From Gammaproteobacteria bacterium (GTDB lineage Bacteria; Pseudomonadota; Gammaproteobacteria; Nitrosococcales; Methylophagaceae), in assembly GCA_029248745.1 (NCBI GenBank), contig JAQWIT010000004.1, positions 20,792-84,791 on the forward strand: a DNA stretch of 64,000 nt, written 5' to 3'. This document shows, one piece after another, positions 47,331 through 57,359 of this stretch. The notes beneath the pieces were generated by a model. That model searched no databases. It saw only the letters and a list, made by a program, of their open reading frames with translations, and was not told the origin of the DNA. Position 1 is the first letter of the stretch, and each line of letters starts with the position of its first letter. The translations under genes and the position numbers were made by a program.

Positions 47331-47698
47331 TTATTTTTATTCATGTCCGTTGCAAATGCATTCAGTTTAGGTGCATCGTAAATAGCAACCTCAGGCATAC
47401 CAATACCAGCTTGTTTAGCCAGTCGTTGAACAGTATTGACCAACCAATGTTCAGTGTCATTATTTGGGCTTTCAATAACGTGTGCCCCTGTCATACGCTT
47501 AGCAGTCCATTTTGAAATAGCCACTGAAATAAATGAACCACTAAAACCGATAACGGCAGCATAAACTAACAGTGCATTGAGATCTAAATCAATACCATGT
47601 TGGTCCAGTAGGCTCTCAAAACCGAGCAGTCTCATCGTAATACTCAATACAGCAATAACTGCAACATTGGTGGCAAGGTAAAGTAAGATACGTGGCAT
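47324..47698 (-). pseudogene. htpX: N-terminal ~125 codons of protease HtpX (truncated; HExxH region absent)
   Basis: MPRILLYLATNVAVIAVLSI...MPEVAIYDAPKLNAFATDMNKNNTL matches the HtpX N-terminus. Beyond ~47324 the open frame is merely antisense to the receiver fragment. Confidence 0.75.
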
Positions 47699-47744
47699 CG
47701 TTATTCTCTATTTAATCCGAAAGTTCAATACGTTATATTAAAGA

Positions 47745-48851
47745 TCAATTGCTATTTTCAAGTAGGCCTAATAGTGACAATAGTGCCTGTTGTTCAGTAG
47801 CTGCTGACTGCTCGAATGACATTGAAGTTTCAATGACTGCAGAGCAAATAGGTCTACCTTTTTTTATGACAGTCTTAGGGTGAGGTAGGTCATGGTAAGT
47901 TGCCGGCCAGTCGATAAATTCTGGCACAGTCAGATCAGATGGTGCAAAGAAAGTATGTAAGTGTGTTTGATTGATAGAGACGGGAGGAGGTAATAAACTT
48001 CGGCGTAAGCAAGCAGAGAGTTGCCGTTCAAATATATCAATTGAAGTACTTAACAATGCAACTGAAGCACTGATCCTTGGGTTAATTTCTAAGATGTAGA
48101 GGGCATCATCTGGCGTCACAATAAAATCAAGACTATTAAAGCCACATAACCCAGTTTCAGACACAAGCTGGGTGATAAAAGTTGTTAGTATCTCTTGAAG
48201 AGCGCCAGATAATATCAAAGGAGTACTCAATCCAGATAGTAAAAAAGGGCTTTCAGTAGAGTGGTATTGAAACTGCTGACTTATGAGATATAACTGAACT
48301 TCTTCACCATCGGCAAGAAATAGCACTGAACCTGTTCTCCCTTCGATATATTGCTGGTAATAACAATCAGTTAAAGGGGATCTATGGTCATAATCAGTGA
48401 TGTACTCACCACCGAAACTCATATTTGGCTTGCAAAGCCATTTTTGAGTATTAGAGTTGGGAGGCGTAAATTCTGTTTGGGGGTAGGGGATATTAAGCTT
48501 TTGCAACGTCGAGAAAAAAACAACAGGTGTTTTAACATTTGCAATAATGTCTGCAGTATTACCCAGTACGTTAATGCTGTCGGGTAACGTAGCTATAATA
48601 GGGAAGAAAGCCTCGACACCACTACCATAAACTAATAAGCATGATTCGTTTTGGCTGAGGGTAAGCAGCGTATTGCGAATCGTAACGGTATCTTGGAGAT
48701 TACCCAAGGGCTGCCAACGTGTTGCAATAGCTAACGTGTCTTGATCGCCAAAACAATCAGCGACGAGTACACGGTGACCTGCACGGTGAGCTAGTTGAGC
48801 GAGAAAGCGCCCATGTTGTGCAACAACCAGAACCGTATGATGTTGTTGCAC
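47745..48851 (-). CDS. ATP-grasp protein associated with the H4MPT-linked C1 gene cluster
   Basis: 368 aa with ATP-grasp-like organisation. The assignment is mostly by context (12 nt downstream of mtdB). Confidence 0.55.
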   Translation of the reverse strand: MQQHHTVLVVAQHGRFLAQLAHRAGHRVLVADCFGDQDTLAIATRWQPLGNLQDTVTIRNTLLTLSQNESCLLVYGSGVEAFFPIIATLPDSINVLGNTADIIANVKTPVVFFSTLQKLNIPYPQTEFTPPNSNTQKWLCKPNMSFGGEYITDYDHRSPLTDCYYQQYIEGRTGSVLFLADGEEVQLYLISQQFQYHSTESPFLLSGLSTPLILSGALQEILTTFITQLVSETGLCGFNSLDFIVTPDDALYILEINPRISASVALLSTSIDIFERQLSACLRRSLLPPPVSINQTHLHTFFAPSDLTVPEFIDWPATYHDLPHPKTVIKKGRPICSAVIETSMSFEQSAATEQQALLSLLGLLENSN

Positions 48852-48863
48852 AAGCGAATGTTG

Positions 48864-49769
48864 TTAGACTAACTTACGGGCATCATTAAAGGCATTTCTG
48901 AAGTCTAAATAGACAGGTGTTTCATTTTCCAGTGTTTGGCGTAATAGTTCGTGCTGTAATTTATACTTCACATCACCGACAGCGAGTGCACCGACAGCGA
49001 GTGCACCATCAGAATTAATGGCATGAACAAGCCTCGCACCTGAGTCCATCAATTCAATTCCCTCAATGCCTAAGGGAGGGACAGCATTGACATCACCTGC
49101 AACTTTCAATTGCTTGGCATCAGATAACACTGAAGCATTTAGAACTTGAATCCCTGCTTTGGCGGTACAAAACACGATATCGGCATCTGCAATAATACGT
49201 GCTTTATCAGCATCGGATACAGCAGCAGTCGCTGTTAATGTCACGCCATAACGATGTTTCGCTTCTGCAGCATAGTCCAAAGCAGTATCTAATGAAAAGT
49301 GGTCAACAATCGTTGTGTCAGCACCTTGCTCAGCAGCAATAACAGCAGTGGCGAGGCCGACGGGGCCAGTACCACCGAAAACAATGGTTTTGGCACCTTT
49401 CAACTCTTGCTTGAAATGATTCTTTAATTCTCTTTCTACGCTGGCAACAAGGGCTGCAGCAGTGGTAAATGCGCCACTTGGGTCAGCGAAAACAGAGACC
49501 TCAAAAGGGGGAACCATCGCTTTCTTAGCAGCATCAATCATGTCCATCGCGATACAAATATCACGGCCACCGATGAAAATACCGGTTTTCTTAACACCAG
49601 CAGGCCCGCGGGAAAATATCGCGTCTTGCGTCATATCTGCCACTTCATTCAATTGCACTTCTTGATGAGGGAAAGCGATGTCATAACCGGCATCCATTGC
49701 CATATTGATATCGAAAGGACTAGTATGCTTTCTCGGTGTAAACATATGCATAATTGAACGTTTAGACAT
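48864..49769 (-). CDS. mtdB: NAD(P)-dependent methylene-tetrahydromethanopterin dehydrogenase MtdB-like
   Basis: MSKRSIMHMFTP.KH.SPFD.NMA.DAG N-terminus, GGTGPVG Rossmann motif, DVNAVPP. It carries the 5-aa duplication ALAVG-ALAVG. Confidence 0.78.
   Translation of the reverse strand: MSKRSIMHMFTPRKHTSPFDINMAMDAGYDIAFPHQEVQLNEVADMTQDAIFSRGPAGVKKTGIFIGGRDICIAMDMIDAAKKAMVPPFEVSVFADPSGAFTTAAALVASVERELKNHFKQELKGAKTIVFGGTGPVGLATAVIAAEQGADTTIVDHFSLDTALDYAAEAKHRYGVTLTATAAVSDADKARIIADADIVFCTAKAGIQVLNASVLSDAKQLKVAGDVNAVPPLGIEGIELMDSGARLVHAINSDGALAVGALAVGDVKYKLQHELLRQTLENETPVYLDFRNAFNDARKLV
48974..49003. repeat. Perfect 15-bp tandem duplication (caccgacagcgagtg x2) inside mtdB
   Basis: Read directly. 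It is in frame and encodes GALAVGALAVG on the minus strand. Confidence 0.95.
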
Positions 49770-49807
49770 GTTGTTTCCTTTATAAAATCTGTCAGTATTT
49801 TTAATTA

Positions 49808-50800
49808 TTATTGGTGTATTTTGATTTCAGCGCCAGTTAAATTAGCTTTGGCTATGATAATCGAATAATCATCTTTATTTTCAAATTGTTGTGAAATGGT
49901 TTGTTCTAGCTGTTCTGTCAATTCTGTGGCTTTGGCTTCACTATTAACAAACACACAGCCAGTTGGCCCCCATGAGCTCTGTGCGATACCCGTATGCCCT
50001 AACGTATTAGCCTGTGTTAATAATTGGGCAATGTGTGGACTGGTATAACGGCCTCCCTGAGCCTGAGAGAAATGATCGCCGATCAAGCGCTGAATTTCTG
50101 TGATCGAGTGTCCAAAAAGGTCAATGTTTTGTTCGAGAAGTGCTGGCAATAATTGCATTAGCGTATGGTGACAAATAGCATGACTTTCAGAGAGCGGGAA
50201 AGGGGGAAGATCGTCAAACGCCTTTTTCTCAGTTTGACCATGTATGCCTTTTGAAACATGTTCCATTAGTATAACTACACGCCAATGATCTGGATAAGGC
50301 TGTCGGACTAATAAGGGAGGAACAAGTGAATCAGCACCTAAACCACCATCGATGATAAAACCACCATGATCAAATACAGCTATACCGATACCTGAACGTG
50401 CACCACGGTGTAGAAGTGCAGCGATATCAGCTGTTTTGATATCAATTTGGTAAAGTCGACATAGGGCTGTTCCGACGGCTAGGGCTAACTGTGTACCTGA
50501 GCCCAACCCTGCATGTTGTGGGATAAAGACTGGGATTGAAAGTTGAACATGCTGATCATCTCGTTGGGTTAGATTAGAAAACCGCTGCTGAAAAACCGCC
50601 ACGAGGCAGTCGACTTTATGGCGTAGTTGTTCTGGCACGAGGTGACTTTCATTTCCAGTACAAAAGCGGGCAGTGACGACAGTATGATGACTGTCAATAG
50701 CCATCCCTATACTACCGAAACGGCGTCCAGAAGAGCCATCAAGGTCTAAAAAACCAAGGTGAAGCCTAGCAGGTGCAGTGACCTGAACACATGTATCCAA
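49808..50800 (-). CDS. mptG: Beta-ribofuranosylaminobenzene 5'-phosphate synthase (H4MPT biosynthesis)
   Basis: GHMP-kinase-like fold; N-terminus VTAPARLHLGFLDLDGSSGRRFGSIGMAI is typical of beta-RFAP synthases. Confidence 0.78.
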   Translation of the reverse strand: MDTCVQVTAPARLHLGFLDLDGSSGRRFGSIGMAIDSHHTVVTARFCTGNESHLVPEQLRHKVDCLVAVFQQRFSNLTQRDDQHVQLSIPVFIPQHAGLGSGTQLALAVGTALCRLYQIDIKTADIAALLHRGARSGIGIAVFDHGGFIIDGGLGADSLVPPLLVRQPYPDHWRVVILMEHVSKGIHGQTEKKAFDDLPPFPLSESHAICHHTLMQLLPALLEQNIDLFGHSITEIQRLIGDHFSQAQGGRYTSPHIAQLLTQANTLGHTGIAQSSWGPTGCVFVNSEAKATELTEQLEQTISQQFENKDDYSIIIAKANLTGAEIKIHQ

Positions 50801-50831
50801 AATGGCTTACCTGTAGAGCAGAATAGAAGGG

Positions 50832-51698
50832 TTATTTAGTATCAACCTTGCAAGCAATATCGTAAATGGTTGTTTCATCTAAAAACTGATCATTACTTTC
50901 GAAAAGTGACTCAATAGCGCCACGATGTACTTTCATTTTAAAGTTACCAATGGCAATAGCGCCATAGAATCGAATACCAGATTTTTCTGTACCATTATCC
51001 ATGACTTCAAGACACTCAACGCCTTGTGGCGGCACAGCATTTACATCGGCAATAACTTCCAAATTATCGCTATTTGACCAAGCGGTTTCAGGAATAACAC
51101 AAACACCAGCTGGGCCAGCGGCAATAGCAACATGAGCATCTTTCATGAGTGCAGCGACAGACTCGTCATTACGTCCTTCACCCGGTGTGACGTCGATCCC
51201 GTAGGCTTCTTTCATCTGTTGGACAATCGCTTTTGAACGGGTGATATCACGACTAGTGATAACTACTTCACTAGCCCCTTCTTTCAGTAAGAATAGTGCG
51301 GCACGTTGTCCAACAGGACCCGAGCCAATAATAATGACTTTTTTACCCGATACATCATAGTCAGTCATCACTTTGCGAACGATTGCGGCAGCAGTCGTAT
51401 TCGAGCCATTAGGATCGAGCATAACCGACACGCTGACAGGACCGAAAAAAGCTTTTTTGACAGCATTACCAACCAGTTCACTGGCGGGAACGTTCGAACC
51501 ACCGATAAAGATGGCACTGTTTTTGAGGCTTTTACCGCCCCGAGTGAAAATCATGCCATGGACATGCGGCGTGACATTATCACGGGTGATACCACCATAT
51601 GAAATGATATTATCGACATTTGAATCATAAGCTACGACTTGATCAAAGGCACTCGGGACAGGGTCTGTATCAAGGTGTAACAGAAGCTTTTTCATCAA
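50832..51698 (-). CDS. mtdA: Methylene-H4MPT/methylene-H4F dehydrogenase MtdA-like
   Basis: MKKLLLHLDTDPVPSAFD N-terminus, GSGPVG, DVNAVPP, LFES; 288 aa. Paralog of the ORF at 48864-49769. Confidence 0.78.
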   Translation of the reverse strand: MMKKLLLHLDTDPVPSAFDQVVAYDSNVDNIISYGGITRDNVTPHVHGMIFTRGGKSLKNSAIFIGGSNVPASELVGNAVKKAFFGPVSVSVMLDPNGSNTTAAAIVRKVMTDYDVSGKKVIIIGSGPVGQRAALFLLKEGASEVVITSRDITRSKAIVQQMKEAYGIDVTPGEGRNDESVAALMKDAHVAIAAGPAGVCVIPETAWSNSDNLEVIADVNAVPPQGVECLEVMDNGTEKSGIRFYGAIAIGNFKMKVHRGAIESLFESNDQFLDETTIYDIACKVDTK

Positions 51699-51861
51699 AA
51701 TGTCTCCATCTAAAATACGTTTAGAATTATTGTTAAGAGTTTACAGCAACGAGGTCATCATAGGGAATCAAAGAGAATAAATCCTTGAACCTATCGAAAT
51801 GTTTGGCCAGCTTGCTGGTACAATACGCACTATTTTTACACTATGACAACCTGAGTTCAAT

Positions 51862-53271
51862 ATGACAGTCCGTACCCGTTTCGCGCCAAGTCCAACTGGT
51901 TATTTACATGTGGGTGGTGCTCGCACAGCTCTTTTTTCATGGCTATATGCAAGAAAACATGGAGGACAATTTATTTTACGCATCGAAGATACTGATTTAG
52001 CACGATCTACGGAAGAGTCAGTTAACGCTATTTTGGAAGGGATGACATGGTTAGGTCTGACTTATGATGAAGGCCCTTTTTATCAAACACAGCGTTTTGA
52101 TCGTTATAAAGAAGTGATCGCACAGCTACTTGAGCAAGGTGACGCATATTGTTGTTATTGTTCAAAAGAAACGCTTGAGGATATGCGTGAAGAGCAAAGA
52201 GCTAATAAGCAAAAGCCACGTTATGATGGTCGTTGCCGACATTTAAAGAATCCACCTACAGATGTTGAACCAGTGATTCGCTTTAAAAACTCAACGGATG
52301 GAGTGGTTGTAGTCAAGGACAATATCCGAGGCGACGTCTTATTTCAAAATGCAGAGCTAGACGATTTAATCATTGCCCGCTCAGATGGGTCACCCACATA
52401 TAATTTGACGGTAGTGGTCGATGATATGGATATGGGGCTGACGCATGTCATTCGTGGTGATGATCACCTTAATAACTCACCGAGACAAATTAATATTTTC
52501 AAAGCCTTGAAAGCAGAAGTACCGGTGTTTTCGCATGTGCCAATGATTTTAGGAGATGATGGCGCCCGCTTATCAAAACGTCATGGTGCAGTGGGTGTGA
52601 TGAATTACCGCGATGAAGGCTATTTGCCGGAAGCGTTGTTGAATTATTTAGTTCGCTTAGGCTGGTCGTATGGTGATCAGGAAATTTTCTCTTTGGAGCA
52701 AATGATCCAGTTATTTGATATCACAGATGTTAATAAAGCGGCATCAAGCTTTAATACGGATAAATTGATTTGGCTTAATCAGCATTATATCAAGACCAGT
52801 TCACCAGAACATATTGCGAGACATTTGAGTTATCACATGGGAAAACGGGGAATTGACCCATCGCAAGGGCCAGCACTGACTGAGGTCGTTGCATTGCAAC
52901 AAGAACGTGCAAAAACCTTGGTTGAAATGGCCACTAATAGTGTGTTCTTTTATCATGCGCCGGAAGGTTATGATGAAAAAGCTGCGAAGAAGAATTTAAC
53001 AGTTAAAAGTGTTGGTTTTTTAGCAGATATGAAAGAGAGGTTATCAGCAATAACATCCTGGCAAATAGAGCCTATTCATGACGAAATCAAGGCTTGTGCG
53101 TTACAGCATGACGTCGGTATGGGGAAAGTCGCACAGCCCATTCGTGTTGCTGTAACAGGCACAACAATATCACCACCATTGGATGCTACATTGGCATTAC
53201 TAGGAAGAGATAAAACGTTATCGGCCATTGAGCAAGCGATTACTTGGATTGAACAACAAATAACATACTAA
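51862..53271 (+). CDS. gltX: Glutamyl-tRNA synthetase
   Basis: [17 protein letters not shown] (HIGH) and RLSKR (KMSKS-like) motifs; 469 aa. Confidence 0.96.
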   Translation: MTVRTRFAPSPTGYLHVGGARTALFSWLYARKHGGQFILRIEDTDLARSTEESVNAILEGMTWLGLTYDEGPFYQTQRFDRYKEVIAQLLEQGDAYCCYCSKETLEDMREEQRANKQKPRYDGRCRHLKNPPTDVEPVIRFKNSTDGVVVVKDNIRGDVLFQNAELDDLIIARSDGSPTYNLTVVVDDMDMGLTHVIRGDDHLNNSPRQINIFKALKAEVPVFSHVPMILGDDGARLSKRHGAVGVMNYRDEGYLPEALLNYLVRLGWSYGDQEIFSLEQMIQLFDITDVNKAASSFNTDKLIWLNQHYIKTSSPEHIARHLSYHMGKRGIDPSQGPALTEVVALQQERAKTLVEMATNSVFFYHAPEGYDEKAAKKNLTVKSVGFLADMKERLSAITSWQIEPIHDEIKACALQHDVGMGKVAQPIRVAVTGTTISPPLDATLALLGRDKTLSAIEQAITWIEQQITY

Positions 53272-53275
53272 GCGT

Positions 53276-53659
53276 TTATTTTACAATTTTAAGGCTGGGT
53301 CGCTCTTTACTGGCAAGTGGCTTTTTTGGTGGTATTGGTGGTTGAGGAAGCTCTTCATCAGTAAAAAACATACCCTCATTATTTTCCTTGCCATAAATGC
53401 CTTGAATAGCATCGATAGGAATAAAAAGCTTCATTGCTCTGCCTGAAAAGCGGGCTGAAAAACTAATACATTCATTGTCAGCCTGAAAGTGTTGAACCGC
53501 ATCAGGCGCAATATTAAGCACGATTTTATCGTCATTAATATATTTTTCAGGCACTTTGACGCTATCCATTAAAGTATTGACGAGTAAATAAGGTGTGAGT
53601 TTGTTATCCAAAAGCCATTCATAAATAGCGCGAATAAGGTAAGGTTTTTGAGAAGTCAT
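53276..53659 (-). CDS. sspB: Stringent starvation protein B (ClpXP adaptor)
   Basis: KPYLIRAIYEWLLDN N-terminus; overlaps the sspA stop. Confidence 0.9.
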   Translation of the reverse strand: MTSQKPYLIRAIYEWLLDNKLTPYLLVNTLMDSVKVPEKYINDDKIVLNIAPDAVQHFQADNECISFSARFSGRAMKLFIPIDAIQGIYGKENNEGMFFTDEELPQPPIPPKKPLASKERPSLKIVK

Positions 53660-54255
53660 GGTCTCATCGCTCTTTCTTCATTAGTCAGGCTTGCTTTAAA
53701 ACTTGGCCGATCGAATAAACGGTTTGCATAAGTTTCAACAGCTTTAGCTTTATCAGGTAACGTAATATTAAGCAGTGGTAAGCGCCAAAGCAAGGGGGCT
53801 AGACTACAGTCCAGAATTGAAAAGGTTTCACTCATAAAATATGGGCCTGTCTCGAATAGAGGAGACAATACCGTTAAGTCTTCTCTAAGCGTCCGTTTAG
53901 CTGCAGCCATTTTGGCTTTTTTTGTATCAGATAAGGCATCCCAAAGCGCGTACCAATCATGATCAATGCGATGGAGCATAAGTTTTAATTTTGCTTTAGC
54001 TGCTGGTTCTAGGGGATAAAGCGGTGCCTGCAAAAACCTGGCATCAAGATAATCAATAATAATTACGCTATCGAAAAGAATGGTATCACGATTTACGAGG
54101 ACAGGACTCTTACCATAAGGCACCGAAGCTGCAATCTCCTCAGACCAGGGTTCAAGACGACTATTACGAATCGTGACAGCGATATCCTTCTCGGTAATCG
54201 CGAGGCGAGTGCGGTGACTATAAGGACAAATAGGGTCTGAATAGAGCGTCATCAT
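53656..54255 (-). CDS. sspA: Stringent starvation protein A
   Basis: GST-like fold; LDCSLAPLLWRLP and ERAMR motifs parallel E. coli SspA. Confidence 0.9.
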   Translation of the reverse strand: MMTLYSDPICPYSHRTRLAITEKDIAVTIRNSRLEPWSEEIAASVPYGKSPVLVNRDTILFDSVIIIDYLDARFLQAPLYPLEPAAKAKLKLMLHRIDHDWYALWDALSDTKKAKMAAAKRTLREDLTVLSPLFETGPYFMSETFSILDCSLAPLLWRLPLLNITLPDKAKAVETYANRLFDRPSFKASLTNEERAMRP

Positions 54256-54347
54256 CAGTATGACGCCACTATGCTAGAAGTGCTCTACATGAAGAGGGAT
54301 TGAAATAACTTAAGCTGATAGAGAAAAATACCAGCGTTAGACTGATG

Positions 54348-55055
54348 TTAATGAACATCCTCCCAGAACGCCTTCTTGAGAGGGTAAGCAACAAAGAAAA
54401 ACAGAACTAAATAGAGTAAGACCCATTTGCCCAATGCAAGTCGCTCAATCTTAGAAGGTTCACCGATATAGGCCATGAAATTAACCAAATCGCGAATCAT
54501 CATACTATATTCAAATGCCATTTCTTGATCGCCTGTTAGAGCATGTAATTGATTGTCACTATCTTTTCTGAGATAACCTTGCTCTTGCCATAAAACATGA
54601 GGCATTCCGACATCTGTAAAGACTAAATTATTAGTGCCAAGAGGTTTATCCGTATCTAAATAATAACTACGCAAATAGGTGTACAACCAGTCTGTTCCAC
54701 GTGCACGAGAAATGACGGATAAATCAGGGGGTACAACACCAAACCATTTTTTCGCATCTTCAGGGCGCATCGCAACAGTCATCGTATCCCCAACTTTGTC
54801 GGAGGCAAACATCAGGCTTTCTTTGACTTGTTTGTCACTCAAGCCCAAATCTTTACCCATGCGGTTATAACGCATATAACTTGCTGAGTGGCAGCTTAGG
54901 CAATAATTCATGAAGATTTTGGCGCCACGTTGTAATGATGCTTTGTCTGATAAATCAAGTTCGACATTATCCAACGCCACTTTGCTAGAAGCAGCGTAAG
55001 CAGGGCTAGCAAAAAAAGCAGTAAGTGATAGTAGAAGACCCAAGGTTAATTTCAT
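54348..55055 (-). CDS. petC: Cytochrome c1 of the bc1 complex
   Basis: Signal peptide, CLSCH heme-binding motif, and a C-terminal TM anchor. Confidence 0.9.
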   Translation of the reverse strand: MKLTLGLLLSLTAFFASPAYAASSKVALDNVELDLSDKASLQRGAKIFMNYCLSCHSASYMRYNRMGKDLGLSDKQVKESLMFASDKVGDTMTVAMRPEDAKKWFGVVPPDLSVISRARGTDWLYTYLRSYYLDTDKPLGTNNLVFTDVGMPHVLWQEQGYLRKDSDNQLHALTGDQEMAFEYSMMIRDLVNFMAYIGEPSKIERLALGKWVLLYLVLFFFVAYPLKKAFWEDVH

Positions 55056-56260
55056 TACGTAACCCTATGAGGCACAGGCTTATCTTTATCAATGGCAGTA
55101 TAAAGAGGCATAAACAAGAAAAATGAAAAATATAGTATAGAGAAAACTTGTGCCATTAAGGTATAGAGCCCTGTAGCGGGTTGAGTGCCTAAATAACCTA
55201 GAGCCAAAAAGCTCATGGTGAAGATAGTCAGCGCCACTTTAAACAAAGGACCACGGTAACGGATTGATTTAACGGGACTGCGATCGAGCCAAGGAATTAA
55301 AAAGAGCACAAAAATGGCTCCGCCCATGGCGATGACCCCAAATAATTTATCTGGGACAGCACGTAAAATGGCATAAAAGGGGGTGAAGTACCATAAGGGT
55401 ACAATATGCTCTGGTGTTTTTAGCGGATCAGCTGGGATAAAATTATCTTTCTCTAAAAACCAGCCACCCATTTCTGGCATATAAAACAAGATAATCGAGA
55501 AAATAAATAAAAAGACGATAACGCCAACAAGATCTTTCACCGAGTAATAAGGGTGAAAGGCTATGCCATCAACGGGAATACCCTCATCATCTTTAACTTG
55601 TTTGATTTCGACACCGTCAGGGTTATTAGAACCAACTTCATGCAAAGCAATGATATGCGCCACAACGAGACCGAGTAAAACCAAAGGCACAGCAATGACA
55701 TGGAAAGCAAAAAAGCGGTTAAGCGTAGCATCAGCCACAACAAAATCACCCCTTATCCATAATGCTAAGCCTTCGCCAATATAGGGGATAGCGCCAAACA
55801 AAGAAATGATAACTTGTGCACCCCAGTAGGACATTTGTCCCCAAGGCAAAAGATAGCCCATGAAGGCCTCAGCCATCAGCGCCAAATAGATCAACATGCC
55901 AAAGATCCAAACCAGCTCGCGAGGTTTCTTGTATGAACCGTAGAGCAGCCCCCGAAACATATGGAGATATATCACGACAAAGAAAGCCGAGGCACCTGTC
56001 GAATGGAGATAACGGATTAACCAACCCCATTCCACATCACGCATAATGTATTCGACCGAAGCAAAAGCAAGCTCAGTATCAGGCTTGTAATGCATGGTCA
56101 AAAAGATACCGGTTACAATTTGTAGAGCAAGTATCAGTAAAGCCAGTGCGCCAAAAAAGTACCAAAAATTGAAGTTCTTTGGCGCGTAATAATGGGCTAA
56201 ATGTTCATTCCAGAGTTTAGAGGCGGGAAAACGGGCATCAACCCACTCGAGTAAACGCAT
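55055..56260 (-). CDS. petB: Cytochrome b of the bc1 complex
   Basis: 401-aa multi-TM protein with conserved heme-ligand His and a PEWY-like region (PLWYF). Confidence 0.95.
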   Translation of the reverse strand: MRLLEWVDARFPASKLWNEHLAHYYAPKNFNFWYFFGALALLILALQIVTGIFLTMHYKPDTELAFASVEYIMRDVEWGWLIRYLHSTGASAFFVVIYLHMFRGLLYGSYKKPRELVWIFGMLIYLALMAEAFMGYLLPWGQMSYWGAQVIISLFGAIPYIGEGLALWIRGDFVVADATLNRFFAFHVIAVPLVLLGLVVAHIIALHEVGSNNPDGVEIKQVKDDEGIPVDGIAFHPYYSVKDLVGVIVFLFIFSIILFYMPEMGGWFLEKDNFIPADPLKTPEHIVPLWYFTPFYAILRAVPDKLFGVIAMGGAIFVLFLIPWLDRSPVKSIRYRGPLFKVALTIFTMSFLALGYLGTQPATGLYTLMAQVFSILYFSFFLFMPLYTAIDKDKPVPHRVT

Positions 56261-56856
56261 TAAGCAACCCCTTGTGAATCTTCACCAATCAGTAATTGGT
56301 TTTCGCTGAGGTAATGGTAGGGAGGCACAACAAGATTAGTGGGCGCAGGCACGCCAGAATATACTCGGCCCGCCAAATCAAATGTCGAACCATGACAAGG
56401 ACAGAAAAACCCACCTTTCCAATCTGAGCCTAAATCTTCAGGTGCAAGCTCGGGTCTATGGGTCGGAGAACAACCTAGATGTGTACAAATACCCACTACA
56501 ACAAGGATATCGTCACGAATAGAGCGTCCTGGGTTTTTACAATAGTCGGGTTGCTGGTCAGTATTGTCACTATCAGGGTCACGTAATTCACTCACTAGGG
56601 TAGGCAGTGTTGCCAAAGTTTCTTCTGATCGGCGTAACACCCACACAGGTTTACCACGCCATTCTGCTGTGATCATTTGGCCAATAGCCAGTTTACTAAT
56701 ATCGACAGCAACAGGCGCACCTGCAGCTTGAGCTTTAGCACTAGGGGAAAGTGACGAGATAAAAGGGATTGCGACAGCGATAGCGCCAATACCACCGACG
56801 ACGGTTGTAGCATTAGTTAAAAATCGTCGTTTATCGACATCAACTGTGTTCGTCAT
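56260..56856 (-). CDS. petA: Rieske iron-sulfur subunit of the bc1 complex
   Basis: CTHLGC and CPCHGS Rieske boxes; Tat-like N-terminus (RRFL). Confidence 0.95.
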   Translation of the reverse strand: MTNTVDVDKRRFLTNATTVVGGIGAIAVAIPFISSLSPSAKAQAAGAPVAVDISKLAIGQMITAEWRGKPVWVLRRSEETLATLPTLVSELRDPDSDNTDQQPDYCKNPGRSIRDDILVVVGICTHLGCSPTHRPELAPEDLGSDWKGGFFCPCHGSTFDLAGRVYSGVPAPTNLVVPPYHYLSENQLLIGEDSQGVA

Positions 56857-57359
56857 GACTCTCTAACAACCCTATATGCAAGATGGCTTAACCCACCACA
56901 CATTAGAGCAAACCATATGCCAAAGGGTAATTAACAGCCAAGTAATAGGTTGAATCTTATCACAAGCATTTGGTGTCAGATCAAGAAATTATGGTCAATT
57001 AGCGGTTTATACTTATGCTGACAAACCACCGTCTGCCCATGAAAAACACCGAAAGTGAAAAGCGCTTATTTAAGGCTGTCGAAGTAGCGGAGGTGGAACA
57101 GATGGGTATAGATAAGGCGAAAAAAACGGTGTTAGCCCAAAATTAAAAGCAAAGTTATTGATTAAATATCAGGTTCTTACCACGGGATGAGTGCTTAAAA
57201 TGAACGCTGAATTAAATTGCTGTTTAGTGATAGGAATGATGTTCAGAGCACCATCATAATTTATTAGGTATAATTAGACGGTTAAATGTAAGAGTAACTA
57301 TTTTGCCCATCGACAGTGTATTTTAGTTAATAGAGCGAAAAGGGAAAAGGTACAAAATA

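Noticed and set aside
51803-51816. Sigma54-like TGGCC-N-TTGC element upstream of gltX (ttggccagcttgctgg).
   Set aside because: The GG-to-GC spacing is about 3 nt too short compared with the TGGCAC-N5-TTGC consensus, and gltX is not an expected RpoN target.
57039-57146. 35-codon ORF (MKNTESEKRLFKAVEVAEVEQMGIDKAKKTVLAQN) in the 500-bp petA upstream region.
   Set aside because: There is no convincing ribosome-binding site and no recognisable family, and it is too short to support from sequence alone. It is noted only because the intergenic region is unusually long.
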